Source: Octopus bimaculoides (taxonomy: Eukaryota). From it: DNA of 64,000 bases. Below the pieces are notes generated by a model, which saw only the letters and a list, made by a program, of their open reading frames with translations, searched no databases and was not told the origin of the DNA. Within the stretch, counting starts at the first letter, position 1. Each line of letters starts with the position of its first letter. Shown in pieces: positions 11,770-24,789 of this stretch. The stretch is taken from NCBI RefSeq assembly GCF_001194135.2, contig NC_068987.1, forward strand, positions 18,188,798 through 18,252,797. Reading direction: 5' to 3'. Position numbers and translations under genes: made by a program.

Positions 11770-13072
11770 CTACAAATAAACATTGATTTCTCACATTGAC
11801 AGAATAAATAGGAAAAGTGAGATCATGCATGATTCATGCCTGTCTTTGTCAAAGTAACTCGAGGGAACTAGCTACAACATAGAGCAATGAATTTTTTTTT
11901 CTGACATCCTCTTTCATTTCCCTAATGATTAGTCTAATATAAGTGATGTTATGCAATCAATTTGTCACCCAACAAGCCAAGTTGTTGTTTCATTTTGGTC
12001 AATCAAGTACTTATCAACTTTGGTAAAATACAAGACTTCATCCACATAGGTAAGACTACAAACAACAAGCACCAGAACTGAATGCCTTATAAGTTGTTAA
12101 TGTTTTCAAAATACAAGACTAAGAATACTTAAGTAAGACTGCAAATAATAAGTGTAGAAAATGGTGCCTTTCAAGATGCAAATGTCTCCAAAATACAAAA
12201 TCTGGGCAAATCTGCAATCAATATATACTGGAACTCGGTGCCTTTTAAGATGTTAATGTCTTGAATAAAAAAAATTTAAAAAAACAACAACAGCAGCTAC
12301 TGTCGTAGCTGCCACCACCATCATCATCATCACCATTTAGCATCTGCTTTCCATGCTGGCATGGGTTAAACAGTTCGACTGAAACTGGTAAGCTGCACCA
12401 GGTTCCAATCTGATTTGGCATGCTTTCTGTAAGTGAATGCCTTTCCTAATGCCAACCACTCCAAAAGTGTAATGGGTGTTTTTTTTAGCACAGGTGCTAG
12501 TTATGGGACACTAGTATCGGCTACGACTACAATTTCACTGGGCTTGACAAGTCTTCTCAAAGGTCTCGGTCACTTATTACCTCTGTGAGGCCCAACATTC
12601 AAAGAGTGCTTTATATGTACCATCATCACAGGTGCCTAAGAATATTTAGGCACCAGAAAACTGAAAGTAAATACTGATTTTTAATCCATATTCCTCTGGG
12701 AAAGACACCACACAATTACGAGTAACTTTATGGGGTCCCTAAAAAAATTTTGCTTTAGATGTAAATATTGGTGTGTATTGCAAGCAACAGCTAGATTGCT
12801 TTCCCTAACATTTTACACAGGTCAACCTACACTTTAACTTGTGAAAATCAAAATAGGAATTTTGGAAGATATTTATATAAAACTAGTTTTTAAACTCAGA
12901 ATGACAATAGGGATCCACCAGAATAAAATAGTTATCAAAGGAGTCCATAGAAAAAAAATGCTTGAGAACCCCTGCTATAAACCTTCTTCTTGCTTATTTC
13001 CAAATATTCATTCATGTCTATTTAAGGAAATATTAGCTATAGTGATTAATATAATAAAAGTCATTCACTTAC

Positions 13073-13192
13073 TTTGGCAAGGCAGAAGCATGCTTCCATT
13101 CTAACCTTACAAAAACACTGTTCATTCTCAAGGGTATCAGTTAAAGCCATCCGGGTTGCAGGTGTTGAGTAGGCAACTAGAGCAGCGATAGC
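13073..13192 (-). CDS. TAF2: TAF2 exon 19 (AIAALVAYSTPATRMALTDTLENEQCFCKVRMEACFCLAK)
   Basis: ttcaAG / GTAAGT; 120 nt, phase 0-0. Confidence 0.95.
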
Positions 13193-14666
13193 CTTGAAAG
13201 AGATGGAAAACAGTAGCAGCATTAAAATCATCATCATTTAGCATCCATTGTCTATGCTGGCATTGGTTGGACGGTTTGACCAGGGCTGGTAAGCTGAGGG
13301 GCTGCACCAGACTCCAGTCTGATTTGGCATGGTTTTCTACGGCTGGATGCTCTTCCTAACGCCAACCACTCCAAGAGTGTAATAGGTGCTTTTATGTGTC
13401 ACCAGCACAGGTGCCAGTTGCGCGACACCAGTATCTGCCACAATTACCATTTCACATGGCTCAATGAGTCTCCCTTCTCAAGCACAGCATAATGTCAAAG
13501 GTCTCATTACCTCCATGAGGCCCAGTGCTTGAAAGGTGCTTTTTACGTGCCACTGGCACGATATTCACTTGCAAACACACACATATATTATTTAACACCC
13601 GTCTTCTATGCTGGCATAGGTTGGACAGTTTAACAGGATCTGACAAATCAGAAGACTGCATTATGTTCCAATGGTTTCTATGGCTGGGTGCCTTTCCTAA
13701 CAACAACCATTTTACAGTGTGTACTAGGGTCCAACTTACAATGATAAGGGCCCAATATGGCTCCCTATAACTTAATGAGAATAAAATAGAGAGTGGGTAA
13801 TGATTCTAGACAGGAGGATGAGAAATGGTAAAAAAAGAGTCAGGCGGGGGGAACAGGGGAGGGGGAGAGAGGGGTTAGTGATATGGGTTATTGACAAAAA
13901 GGGAGGGACACAATGAAAAGGTGATAGGGAGGGATGTATAAGGATGGCGGGGAGGGGGCTGATCTAGTCCTATCCAACCTTGTAAGGGGTGAGTATGCGA
14001 GGGATAAGGAAAAAGGAAGGGAGTAATATGACTCAGGTGGAAAGGAATCCTAATGGAGTCATTGAAGGAAAGAGATATGGATTGGGGTCATGGGTGTGGG
14101 TAAGAGGAGGAAAAATGTGTAAGGGTACTGAGAGGGCAGAGAAGCTTTGGTGGAGAGGGCAGTGAGAGAAAAGGGGGTAGGTGATGAAGGGCAACAAAGA
14201 GATGCCAGAGTATACCATAGAACAGTGCTTCTCAAACTATCTGATGTTGCATACCAGCAGTTTTCATTTTCCAATGTGCAAGGGACCGGTAATATTTCTA
14301 ATCATCATCATCCTCATCATCGTTTAACGTCCGCTTTCCATGCTAGCATGGGTTGGACTTAATAATATTCTTAATAATATTAATTTATACCGGAAACAAT
14401 ATATATAATGAATATAATAAAAGTTGACAATTTTTTTAATCTTATATATATTCTGTAAACAAATAATACAATATTACATCAGCATTTTATAAGCATTTTA
14501 CAATGTTGCTTTCTTTTCTGGAAACTCACTGCGTACCGGCGGCTGATGGCTTGCAGACCACCATTTTGAGTAGCACTGCCATAAAGNNNNNNNNNNNNNN
14601 NNNNNNNNNNNNNNNNNNNNNNNNNNNNNGCATAATGTGTATGCCACAAAAGCATATATAAAATAT

Positions 14667-14699
<33 letters not shown>

Positions 14700-15199
14700 G
14701 TTTAACGTCCGCCTTCCATGCTAGCATGGGTTGGACGATTTGACTGAGGACTGGTGAAACCGGATGGCAACACCAGGCTCCAATCTAATTTGGCAGTTTC
14801 TACAGCTGGATGCCCTTCCTAACGCCAACCACTCAGAGAGTGTAGTGGGTGCTTTTACGTGTCACCCATATGAACTTTAGATTAGTTAAAATATGTTTGT
14901 GACAAATTCACTGCAGTTACCATGCAGAGAAAATTCTCTCTTATGAGAGAGGTGTAAAAACATTATATCTACCCAGTGCTTCCCCTTACAAGATTCCCAG
15001 ATGCACCATTCTGATTCTTCAGCTACCCTGACACACACCTGTCTTGCAATGCAAGACTTGAAAAGTTAAATGGCTAGAACAAGTCTTCTACAATAGTTTA
15101 TTTCTTTTTACTTTTCTGAATTTATTTTATCGGAAACTCCTTTAGCAGGAGAAGTTAGGGAAGAAAAGACAAAAAAAGGAAACCCAATGCTGAACTTAC

Positions 15200-15332
15200 T
15201 TCACACTGTGCAACTACATCACGTTCATATTTCAGCTGATATTGCCACATGTAGTCAGGCTGTTCCCAAGCAACTTGTCTTAGCAGCGTCATGTCGGGGT
15301 CCACACGTAACCACAAAACAGGAGAATCAGCA
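15200..15332 (-). CDS. TAF2: TAF2 exon 18 (ADSPVLWLRVDPDM...YERDVVAQCE)
   Basis: ttttAG / GTAAGT; within ORF 15155-15343. Confidence 0.97.
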
Positions 15333-15439
15333 CTAAAAAGCAATTAAAAACATAAAAAGAAAAATATTATATACATACACATAAAGCAACAAGATATCTA
15401 TAGTATAGAAAAAATGTAAGAATTTAAAGAATATAAGAA

Positions 15440-15834
15440 TTAACCCTTTTGTCGTCATTTTTCTATTTAAGTACACTGAATTTGTTTCAATTAATTTTGA
15501 AAATAATGAGGAATTTAGTAAAATAACTTTGACATTGTTAGGCTAGTGTTTGGAACATAAACATGAAAAATTTTGAGAAGGTTCTAAATTAGATTACTTT
15601 AACCTTTTTGCAGGCATATTTCTCCATATTTCTCATTGTCTTTGTTTCAATTAATTTTGAAAATAATGAAGAACTTAGTAAAATAATTTTGACATTATTA
15701 ATCTGATGTTTCTTTTGGAACATAAAGTAACATGAAATTTTGTTAAGGTTTAAATTTAGATCACTATAAAACAGAAAGTTTCTATCATAGAACAAAGTGT
15801 ATTCTCAGACAGGTTGGGTATCAAAAACAGGTTA
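15440..15834 (+). mobile_element. AT-rich TTAA-flanked MITE-like element with a duplicated left part
   Basis: Begins TTAACCCTTTTG; a roughly 100-bp block (TTTGTTTCAATTAATTTTGAAAATAATGA...GGAACATAAA) occurs twice; ends AACAGGTTAA. Confidence 0.5.
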
Positions 15835-15915
15835 AGAATTGGTTAAGAATCTAAAAGAACAATTCTAATTCTTTGATATATTTATAGAATAAACACAAGC
15901 ATATAATATTCTTAC

Positions 15916-15981
15916 TCCATAGCACTGAGATCCATGTCTACTTCTTCTCCTGTCATCAACGGAATCTTCTTCTTTTTGTTT
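15916..15981 (-). CDS. TAF2: TAF2 exon 17 (NKKKKIPLMTGEEVDMDLSAM)
   Basis: ttccAG / GTAAGA; almost identical to human. Confidence 0.96.
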
Positions 15982-16689
15982 CTGGAAAACAACAAACAAA
16001 AATAAATGAGTGGGAAAAACAAATTAGATATTTTTCAAACTTCCTCAACTTCTGTCAACATCATTATGGAATGTATGCAATGTAGAGAAAAATAGATTTC
16101 AATGAATATGCCAGAGTACTAGCATATATTAAGTAGTAAATCTCTTGAGAATATTCTCTCAGTTTTATTAGAAATTAATTTATCATATTTGATGGTTTAT
16201 AAGGCATGATTCTTTTTTGACAAAAATGTCCCAGAAAATTTGCCTGTGACTTATAAACTCACGGTTAGGCTTAAGGTTACTAGCAAATGGTGGTTCAAGA
16301 CAGGGCCTGCTAAAATGAAGGAGACATTTTCTAATCTTATATACCTTGTAAGCTATCAAATGCAGTAGTCTTAAGCAAAGGAAAAAGACAACTGCACCAT
16401 AAAATAGCTTCAACTGGGATATGTCCTTTAAGTTATCCAACCTGCTAGAAGGAGCAGCTATGCCTCATTCAAATTACACTACTATCTTACATAGAAAAAC
16501 AAAATTTTAAAAAGGCCACATTCAGTGATGTAGTCCAAGAAATACAATGTCTGAACTAGAAATAGGATGGAATAACTGAAGAAACAGGCACAGATCAAGG
16601 AATGGGAGAGAAAAGAAAAAGAACAACAATAACCAATAACTGATTGCAAGATGTTTTCCAGAGAATAACAAAGTCTTCAGTCAACTCAC

Positions 16690-16799
16690 CGCCGGCTTTT
16701 GGAATGGCAGGTAATCTCAAATTTAGTTTTGTTTTCCTCAATTTTGAAATTGTGACTGAAAGAGCCGTCTAGTTCTTGAATAATCACAGTGAGAGGACC
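16690..16799 (-). CDS. TAF2: TAF2 exon 16 (GPLTVIIQELDGSFSHNFKIEEN...CHSKSR)
   Basis: tttcAG / GTGAGT; QELDGSF motif. Confidence 0.96.
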
Positions 16800-18590
16800 C
16801 TGAAATGAAATGGGGAATAAGAAATGAGACAAGCGATGTTAATAGGTTAATTAGTTGGAAAGGAATAATGTAGAATAACACAGGAATTAATAAGCGAAAA
16901 GAAATGAAAATAAAAATGTCATGACAATAAAGGCGCCCTTTCCTGCTGTCCAAGGTCACAGATCAACCTACATCATAGCAAGAAACTCAAAAGAGGACAG
17001 CAATGGCAAACTCCCTCATTCACCAAAAAGCCAATCGCATAAGAATGGCCACTGAAAAGGTGATAACACTGGCAGTGCCCCAGCAAGGCCACAGCCTTTT
17101 GGCTGAAATGCATAAAAGAATAAATATATATTCTATACATATATATTTTTTTTATACATACATATACATATTCTATACATACATACATATATATATCTAG
17201 TTTATACAAATCGCAGCATGTGTGTGAATAATGACTAAAGCATACATTTCCACAATTCTCAACCAATTTTCACCAAACTTTACACACACATTACTTATGT
17301 CCCGAGGATGGCCATGCACTATAACATTTTGTACAGAGCTCCTGCATAAATGGACATAGTTTTTAGTATGTAGGGTCTTCCATACTTCTTAAATCTTTTT
17401 CTAAAAGTGAAAGGATTTTTATCTATTTATTTCGACTGTCCACCTGCAACGTTTATTAAATTGACTAGGAACACTGTACGTGATGAATATCCAATACCAA
17501 ACAATCTTAATCTCCATACTTTAACTGCATTAAACTTTGGCAATCTTACCTTTACCTATTCTGAGTTACTTGAAAGGTGATGTTCCCTTCCTTCTCTTCT
17601 ATTTATTGTTGCCTTTGTTTACCTACCATTGCATTTTTTCACTTAAAGGATGCTTATTTACCCATCCATTATGATATTTCAAACTGTTGTCCATTGTTTC
17701 AAATACATTTTAACATTATCATTCAAGCCTTTTTTAATCGCATATGATTCGTCCCAAAGATAAGAGTTTTGGGCAGAGTCATGATGTAAGCACGTGCTAA
17801 AACCCCTCATAACATCTTTTATTTTTATGAATTTATACAAATTTTTTTCGATTCTGTCTTCTGCATCATGGAATTTGACACGATTATGCAACAAAAAATT
17901 TGTAAAACTACTATATTTTGAAGTCGTTATCTGTAATCTACTCCCAAAACACTTCAGTAGCTCTACTTTGCATCACTCGCAAACTTATATGTTCTATGAT
18001 CATTAAAATACAATGACATCCACAATAACCACCCTTCAATTTGATTTTCCGTTCCTAGGTTAATCGGGAACAAAGATTGCCGTGCTACTCATAAACCTTC
18101 TCGGTAGTTCAATTATTTGGGGGAAAAAATACCACCAAAGCAACTTAAACCATCTAAAGGATGAGTGCATTTGCTAGTATATCATATACCCAGATGTTAA
18201 ATGATGATGATCGCTAACCACTACACACATTTTTTTTTTCTCCTTGTTTCTTCCTGTGGAAGAGCGTAAGCTTGAAACGTTAAAGACTTTTACAATTCCC
18301 GAGTGTTATACTAATACATCTGTTTGTTTTCTACACCACCTGTCTTTGTCTTTTGTTTTTTTGTGAATTCTTCCTATATATATATATATATATATGCTAG
18401 CATGGAAGGCGGATGTTAAACAATGATGATATACATCCCAACAACCAAAGAGAAGCATATATTATATAATATACATTTATATATGTCTGTCTGTGTCTGT
18501 ATGTGCGTCTGTGTAAGCTACTGCATCAAACTGGGGTTCAACAACAATAACAACAGTGAATAGTAGTTATGTGACATCATAATAACTTAC

Positions 18591-18705
18591 CACATATTTC
18601 AAGGATCCTTTAGCTGTATAATCTTGTTTGATTTCAAGCTCAACTACATTCCTTTTGCGGTTGAACACAAAATTCCCCATGAAGCGTGCACAGCCACTCT
18701 GACAT
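18591..18705 (-). CDS. TAF2: TAF2 exon 15 (CQSGCARFMGNFVFNRKRNVVELEIKQDYTAKGSLKYV)
   Basis: gtcAG acceptor preceded by TCCTTAAT; GTAAGT donor; starts in phase 2, so an exon 14 is missing upstream. Confidence 0.94.
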
Positions 18706-19270
18706 CTGACGACGAATTAAGGACCACTGGATGTAACACTATACAGTACTACAGAATATATCAGCAAACAACTACTTCAACACTATATAATTTATAGATA
18801 TAAAAGTTTTGTCTTTATATATAGTATCCCTGTGAATAAAGAAAAAGAGATCAGCAGGAAGAATTTTATCAACCAGAGTACCCTCTTTAACTATCTACAG
18901 AAATCCTGCTGATAAACCTACTATTTGCTGGGTAGTAGACTTGTAACCAGTAATTGAGCATCTTCATATTGATGGGTGCAAAGGGTCTTGGTTCCCAAGG
19001 TGGCTGTTCAGGCCAAGAGTAATATAGAAGAGCTGAGGACATTTATCACAGGGGAGAGTTAATGGGGGACAAGGAAGTGCGAGTTACTCTTTNNNNNNNN
19101 NNNNNNNNNNNNNNNNNNNNNNNNNNNNNNNNNNNNNNNNNNNNNNNNNNNNNNNNNNNNNNNNNNNNNNNNNNNNNNNNNNNNNNNNNNNNNNNNNNNN
19201 NNNNNNNNNNNNNNNNNNNNNNNNNNNNNNNNNNNNNNNNNNNNNNNNNNNNNNNNNNNNNNNNNNNNNN

Positions 19271-19593
19271 GATTCCCAGACTGGGCGTTGTGAGTGTTTA
19301 TTGAGCGAAAACACCTAAAGCTCCACGAGGCTCCGACAGGGGATGGTAGCGAACCCTGCTGTACTCTTTCACCACAACTTTCCCTCACTCTTACTTCCTG
19401 TTTCTGTTGTGCCTGTAATTCAAAGGGTCAGCCTTGTCACACTGTGTCACACTGAATATCCCTGAGAACTACGTTAAGGGTACACGTGTCTGTGGAGTGC
19501 TCAGCCACTTGCACATTAATTTCACGAGCAGGCTGTTCCATTGATCGGATCAACTAGAACCCTCGACGCCGTAAGCGACGGAGTGCCAACAAC
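19271..19593 (+). mobile_element. SINE family D copy, head in the gap
   Basis: Reverse complement of the 48568 copy, ending GGAGTGCCAACAAC. Confidence 0.85.
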
Positions 19594-20015
19594 ATTTTCC
19601 ATCAAATCAATTCTCTCAACAATGACATGCTGCCACTTTGGGTGGCCCTTGGCAATTGTCTCCTAGATATTTGAGTTACTGGAGCAGTGGAGGAGAGTGG
19701 CCTTGAGCTGGTCACAGAAACTGAATTTGAGGGCTTTGTGTGGTCTGGTGCCTGAGGCTAACTCCATGAAAAGGAGTTGGCAGGGGAGGCACATCTGAAG
19801 CATACAAATGAAGTGTCCCAACCAGCAGGCGCAATGTCATGCCACAGTGGCTTTAATGCTGGACAATCCCACTACTATTAATAACAAAGCAAATAAATAG
19901 AATAGATTGGATAATGAAAATGATAAATATGAAGAAATGATAAATAAATTGGATGATGGTTGACTTGCAGAGTGAAGACATTCCTGACAGCTAGTTCAAG
20001 TGTGCCAATCAAGAT

Positions 20016-20049
<34 letters not shown>

Positions 20050-20193
20050 GCAAATAAAAGGGTAAAGGATTATTAATTTATTAATAAATTAATAATTAAT
20101 AATTTTTACCAAGTACTTCGGTATGTAAAAACCATTATCGGTAAAGAACTTATTAAAAAGTTCTTTTAAATTTATAAACATAATTAAGGGATC

Positions 20194-20922
20194 NNNNNNN
20201 NNNNNNNNNNNNNNNNNNNNNNNNNNNNNNNNNNNNNNNNNNNNNNNNNNNNNNNNNNNNNNNNNNNNNNNNNNNNNNNNNNNNNNNNNNNNNNNNNNNN
20301 NNNNNNNNNNNNNNNNNNNNNNNNNNNNNNNNNNNNNNNNNNNNNNNNNNNNNNNNNNNNNNNNNNNNNNNNNNNNNNNNNNNNNNNNNNNNNNNNNNNN
20401 NNNNNNNNNNNNNNNNNNNNNNNNNNNNNNNNNNNNNNNNNNNNNNNNNNNNNNNNNNNNNNNNNNNNNNNNNNNNNNNNNNNNNNNNNNNNNNNNNNNN
20501 NNNNNNNNNNNNNNNNNNNNNNNNNNNNNNNNNNNNNNNNNNNNNNNNNNNNNNNNNNNNNNNNNNNNNNNNNNNNNNNNNNNNNNNNNNNNNNNNNNNN
20601 NNNNNNNNNNNNNNNNNNNNNNNNNNNNNNNNNNNNNNNNNNNNNNNNNNNNNNNNNNNNNNNNNNNNNNNNNNNNNNNNNNNNNNNNNNNNNNNNNNNN
20701 NNNNNNNNNNNNNNNNNNNNNNNNNNNNNNNNNNNNNNNNNNNNNNNNNNNNNNNNNNNNNNNNNNNNNNNNNNNNNNNNNNNNNNNNNNNNNNNNNNNN
20801 NNNNNNNNNNNNNNNNNNNNNNNNNNNNNNNNNNNNNNNNNNNNNNNNNNNNNNNNNNNNNNNNNNNNNNNNNNNNNNNNNNNNNNNNNNNNNNNNNNNN
20901 NNNNNNNNNNNNNNNNNNNNNN
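20194..20922. other. Assembly gap (729 N), probable location of TAF2 exon 14
   Basis: Exon 13 ends in phase 0 and exon 15 starts in phase 2; the expected FLKxIxxVSGKD..QW-like segment is not visible in the sequenced intron. Confidence 0.6.
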
Positions 20923-20932
20923 TTTTCGGAAA

Positions 20933-21060
20933 ACTCTCCAGTGATCGTTGGGTTGTCACTCAAATCCACGATGCGCACTCTCAAGTGATCGTTGGACTGT
21001 CACTCAAATCCACAACACTAACTCTCAAGTGATCGTTGGGTTACCATTCAAATCCATGAC
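20933..21060. repeat. 44-bp minisatellite, 3 visible copies next to a gap
   Basis: Units start at 20933, 20977 and 21021 (ACTCTCAAGTGATCGTTGG...CAAATCCA). Confidence 0.85.
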
Positions 21061-21572
21061 ACTCACCCTCTTGAGTATCGGCTAATATTTATGCCATGTT
21101 CAGTACTCAAATCCGACAATATTGAATTGTTGTGAACTCTTGTAGTTAGAATGAAAGATTAGTTAGTGTAAATGTTAAGTCGTAATTCTCTACGACAAAA
21201 TGACTTTATTTCTAACTGTTCTATAAATGCCAAAATGTACATAATAAACTAATGTAGAAATTTAATTCTTTTTACTTCACGTCATTTCAACTTCTTGAAT
21301 TTGTTTCTGTATATTTATGAAACTGTAATTTTTTATGTGTAACGGTCAAAAGAATACAAATCTGTCTTCAACATACATGTACGTATTGAACACACATTCA
21401 GCATCTTATGGAAGATGGACATTAAAGGGTGATGATGATGATGATGGTGGTGGTGGTGATGGTAACAGAACTCTGTGCTAATGCAAAAATTTTCATGAAT
21501 GCAATGCTTCTGTAATGCAGGTGATGCGATGCCTGATATTGAAAGTTTAATGAAATTTGTCTTGTAACTTAC

Positions 21573-21665
21573 AGAATTTGTAGATAATAGTACATTACAC
21601 CAGGTATTTGATCCATATTTCTGTTGAGATGCCGTAAATGCAAGAGCAAGTAATTTGTTAAAAAC
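21573..21665 (-). CDS. TAF2: TAF2 exon 13 (VFNKLLALAFTASQQKYGSNTWCNVLLSTNS)
   Basis: ttgcAG / GTAAGT; matches human VFNKLLSLAST..MLVST. Confidence 0.94.
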
Positions 21666-23190
21666 CTGCAAAAGAAATTTTTAAAAAAGAGAAAAAGTAA
21701 ATTAATTAATCAAAGAAAGAAAACAAAATTGAATATTTTTTTTTAACCCCTTTCCAAATCAAACCTGCCAAGACTGTCATTGGTTTTATGATACAAATTT
21801 CATGTTAATTAATGTTTCAAACATCAGACTCATAATTGCTTCAAATTTTGGCACAAGGCCAGCAATTTTAGAAGAGTGTAAGTCAATTATATTGACCCCA
21901 GTACTTGACTGGTACTCTAGTTTACTGATCACAAAAGGATGAAAGGCAACAATGACCTTGGTGGGATTTGAGCTCCAAGTGCCAGAAGAAATGTTGCTAA
22001 GCATTTTGTCAAATATACTATTAGTTCTGCCAGTTAACAGCCTTTATCAGCTTAATAATGAAAACTGAAGGTAACAACTCTGTACAAGAACCAGCATCAT
22101 GGGTAGAGATATGAGATGTAAACAGATCAATGCAGGGAGAAAAAATGTCCATGTGCTGGCTGTAAAATGGTTACCATTCATAGCAGATTTTTTTGGCATT
22201 TTGATCTGGAGTAAGGGGTTGTACCAAGGATTCTATAGGCCTTCCAAAACTGGTGAGATCCAAACTGTTTATGTACCTCATCAATAGATGCAGGAAAAAT
22301 ATGGAAAAAAAGGGAATTCCAGAGAGTTAACAGTTTGTCAGAACAAATGTGGTCACTGTTATAGTAGAAATAAAGTTCTCTTTGGTAAAGAATTTCAATT
22401 CTCATTTATTGTAAACAGGAGTGCTCGACTCGTGAGAATTATCTTCTCCAACATAGGCTCAGGTGTGGCTGCATTGTTAAGAAGTTTGCTCCCCAACCAC
22501 ATGGTTTTGAGTTCAATCCCACACTACAACACTTCGGACAAGTGCCTGCTACTATAGACCCAAGCCAATGAAAGTCTTATGAGAGGAGACAATAACACAC
22601 ACACACACACATGTATATATAGTGTCAGTGTTACTTAAAAAGCACCCATGCCGGTGCTGCATAAATGCACCCACGCTAGTGGCACATAAAAAGCACCCAG
22701 CACACTCTGTTAATTGGTTGGCATTGGGAAAGGCGTCCAGCCATAGAAACCAAGCCTCAACAGACAGCTGGAGTCTGGACAGCTCTCTACTAAGCCAGCT
22801 CCATGTCAAACCATCNNNNNNNNNNNNNNNNNNNNNNNNNNNNNNNNNNNNNNNNNNNNNNNNNNNNNNNNNNNNNNNNNNNNNNNNNNNNNNNNNNNNN
22901 NNNNNNNNNNNNNNNNNNNNNNNNNNNNNNNNNNNNNNNNNNNNNNNNNNNNNNNNNNNNNNNNNNNNNNNNNNNNNNNNNNNNNNNNNNNNNNNNNNNN
23001 NNNNNNNNNNNNNNNNNNNNNNNNNNNNNNNNNAAAAAGCATTATCTGAACATAATCGATGCCTGGGCTTATGCATTAGTTTGAAAATAAAAAATACAAA
23101 CAAAAAAAAATCAAACAATAAAGCAAAAGAAAAAAAAAACAAGAAAAAATGCATAAATAAAAAGATAACAAAATAATGGTATTTCTTTAC

Positions 23191-23391
23191 CTGAAGCAAT
23201 AATTCATAGCCAATTCTAATTTCCAAGATTCTAATCACTAAATGAGCTTTTTTAAAGAATATATCTGCATATTTAGGGGATATAAGGTGAGGATTTTTCA
23301 CTGAAAAATGTAATGAACTTGGTTCTTTTAAAGCAGAAGGATCTAAAACAATGGCACAATTCTTCTCATAGTCCGCAACTTCTTTCATTTC
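23191..23391 (-). CDS. TAF2: TAF2 exon 12 (EMKEVADYEK...LHFSVKNPH...KAHLVIRILEIRIGYELLLQ)
   Basis: tgtAG / GTAAAG; 201 nt, phase 0-0. Confidence 0.95.
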
Positions 23392-23952
23392 CTACAATAA
23401 TAATTAAGAAAGTAAGGAATCAACAAGGGGAAAATATGAAAATAAACACATTTATATTCTGATATATAACAATACTTTTAATCAAATGATGTATATTCCT
23501 TTACCTGTTTCAGTCATTTGACTGTGGCCACACTGGAGCACCACTTTACAAGGTTCTTTTTTTTTAGAATCAAAGAAATCAATCCCAACACTTACTCTTT
23601 GTAAGCCTAGTATGTACTCTGTCGGTCACTTTTGCTGAAACACTAAGTTGCAAGGACGTAAACTTACCAACATCGGACAAACACAGACACAAAGACACAC
23701 ATAAATACATACACACACACACACACACATATATATTATACAACGGGCTTCTTTTCAGTTTCCATCTACCAAATCTATTCACAAGGATTTGGTTGGCCCA
23801 AGGCTATAGTAGAAGACACTTGCCCAAGCTGCCATGCAGTGGGACTGAATCCGGGACCATGTGATTGGGAAGCGAGTTTCTTACCACACAGCCATGCCTG
23901 TGCTTATTCCCACAGCCATGCCTGCACCTATCCACACAGCCACGCCTGCACC

Positions 23953-23984
<32 letters not shown>

Positions 23985-24789
23985 GGAAAATGAAAAATAA
24001 TAATAAGGCAGAATGCTAAGCTGGAAGCATATTTTAATAAAGATTTCTAACTGGCTTTCATTGCATAGCAAATTTTCAAGAAGAGGGAGAATGAAAATGT
24101 TTTTTACAAAGAAGTACAAAATGAAGAAAATAATGTATAAAAAAAAATAAATATACCAATACATTATATTGTCTTTGAGCTTTTAAAGTTCAATGGTAAT
24201 TCATGTAGATAATGGTTGGAAAGATAAGGATGCATGACAGTTGTGTTAGGTTTAAAAAAAGAGAAAAGGGGTTAAAAGTTTGTGTTAAGTTTATGCCTGT
24301 TCCTAGNNNNNNNNNNNNNNNNNNNNNNNNNNNNNNNNNNNNNNNNNNNNNNNNNNNNNNNNNNNNNNNNNNNNNNNNNNNNNNNNNNNNNNNNNNNNNN
24401 NNNNNNNNNNNNNNNNNNNNNNNNNNNNNNNNNNNNNNNNNNNNNNNNNNNNNNNNNNNNNNNNNNNNNNNNNNNNNNNNNNNNNNNNNNNNNNNNNNNN
24501 NNNNNNNNNNNNNNNNNNNNNNNNNNNNNNNNNNNNNNNNNNNNNNNNNNNNNNNNNNNNNNNNNNNNNNNNNNNNNNNNNNNNNNNNNNNNNNNNNNNN
24601 NNNNNNNNNNNNNNNNNNNNNNNNNNNNNNNNNNNNNNNNNNNNNNNNNNNNNNNNNNNNNNNNNNNNNNNNNNNNNNNNNNNNNNNNNNNNNNNNNNNN
24701 NNNNNNNNNNNNNNNNNNNNNNNNNNNNNNNNNNNNNNNNNNNNNNNNNNNNNNNNNNNNNNNNNNNNNNNNNNNNNNNNNNNNNNNNN

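Noticed and set aside
18850-18913. 10-bp inverted repeat ATCAGCAGGA / TCCTGCTGAT (and an 11-bp one at 43344-43434)
   Set aside because: Short arms with 45-70 nt unpaired spacers are expected about one to a few times by chance in 64 kb.
20100-20170. TIIGKEL-like frame as the missing TAF2 exon 14
   Set aside because: It is on the wrong strand, lacks splice sites and has nearby stops; probably a repeat fragment.
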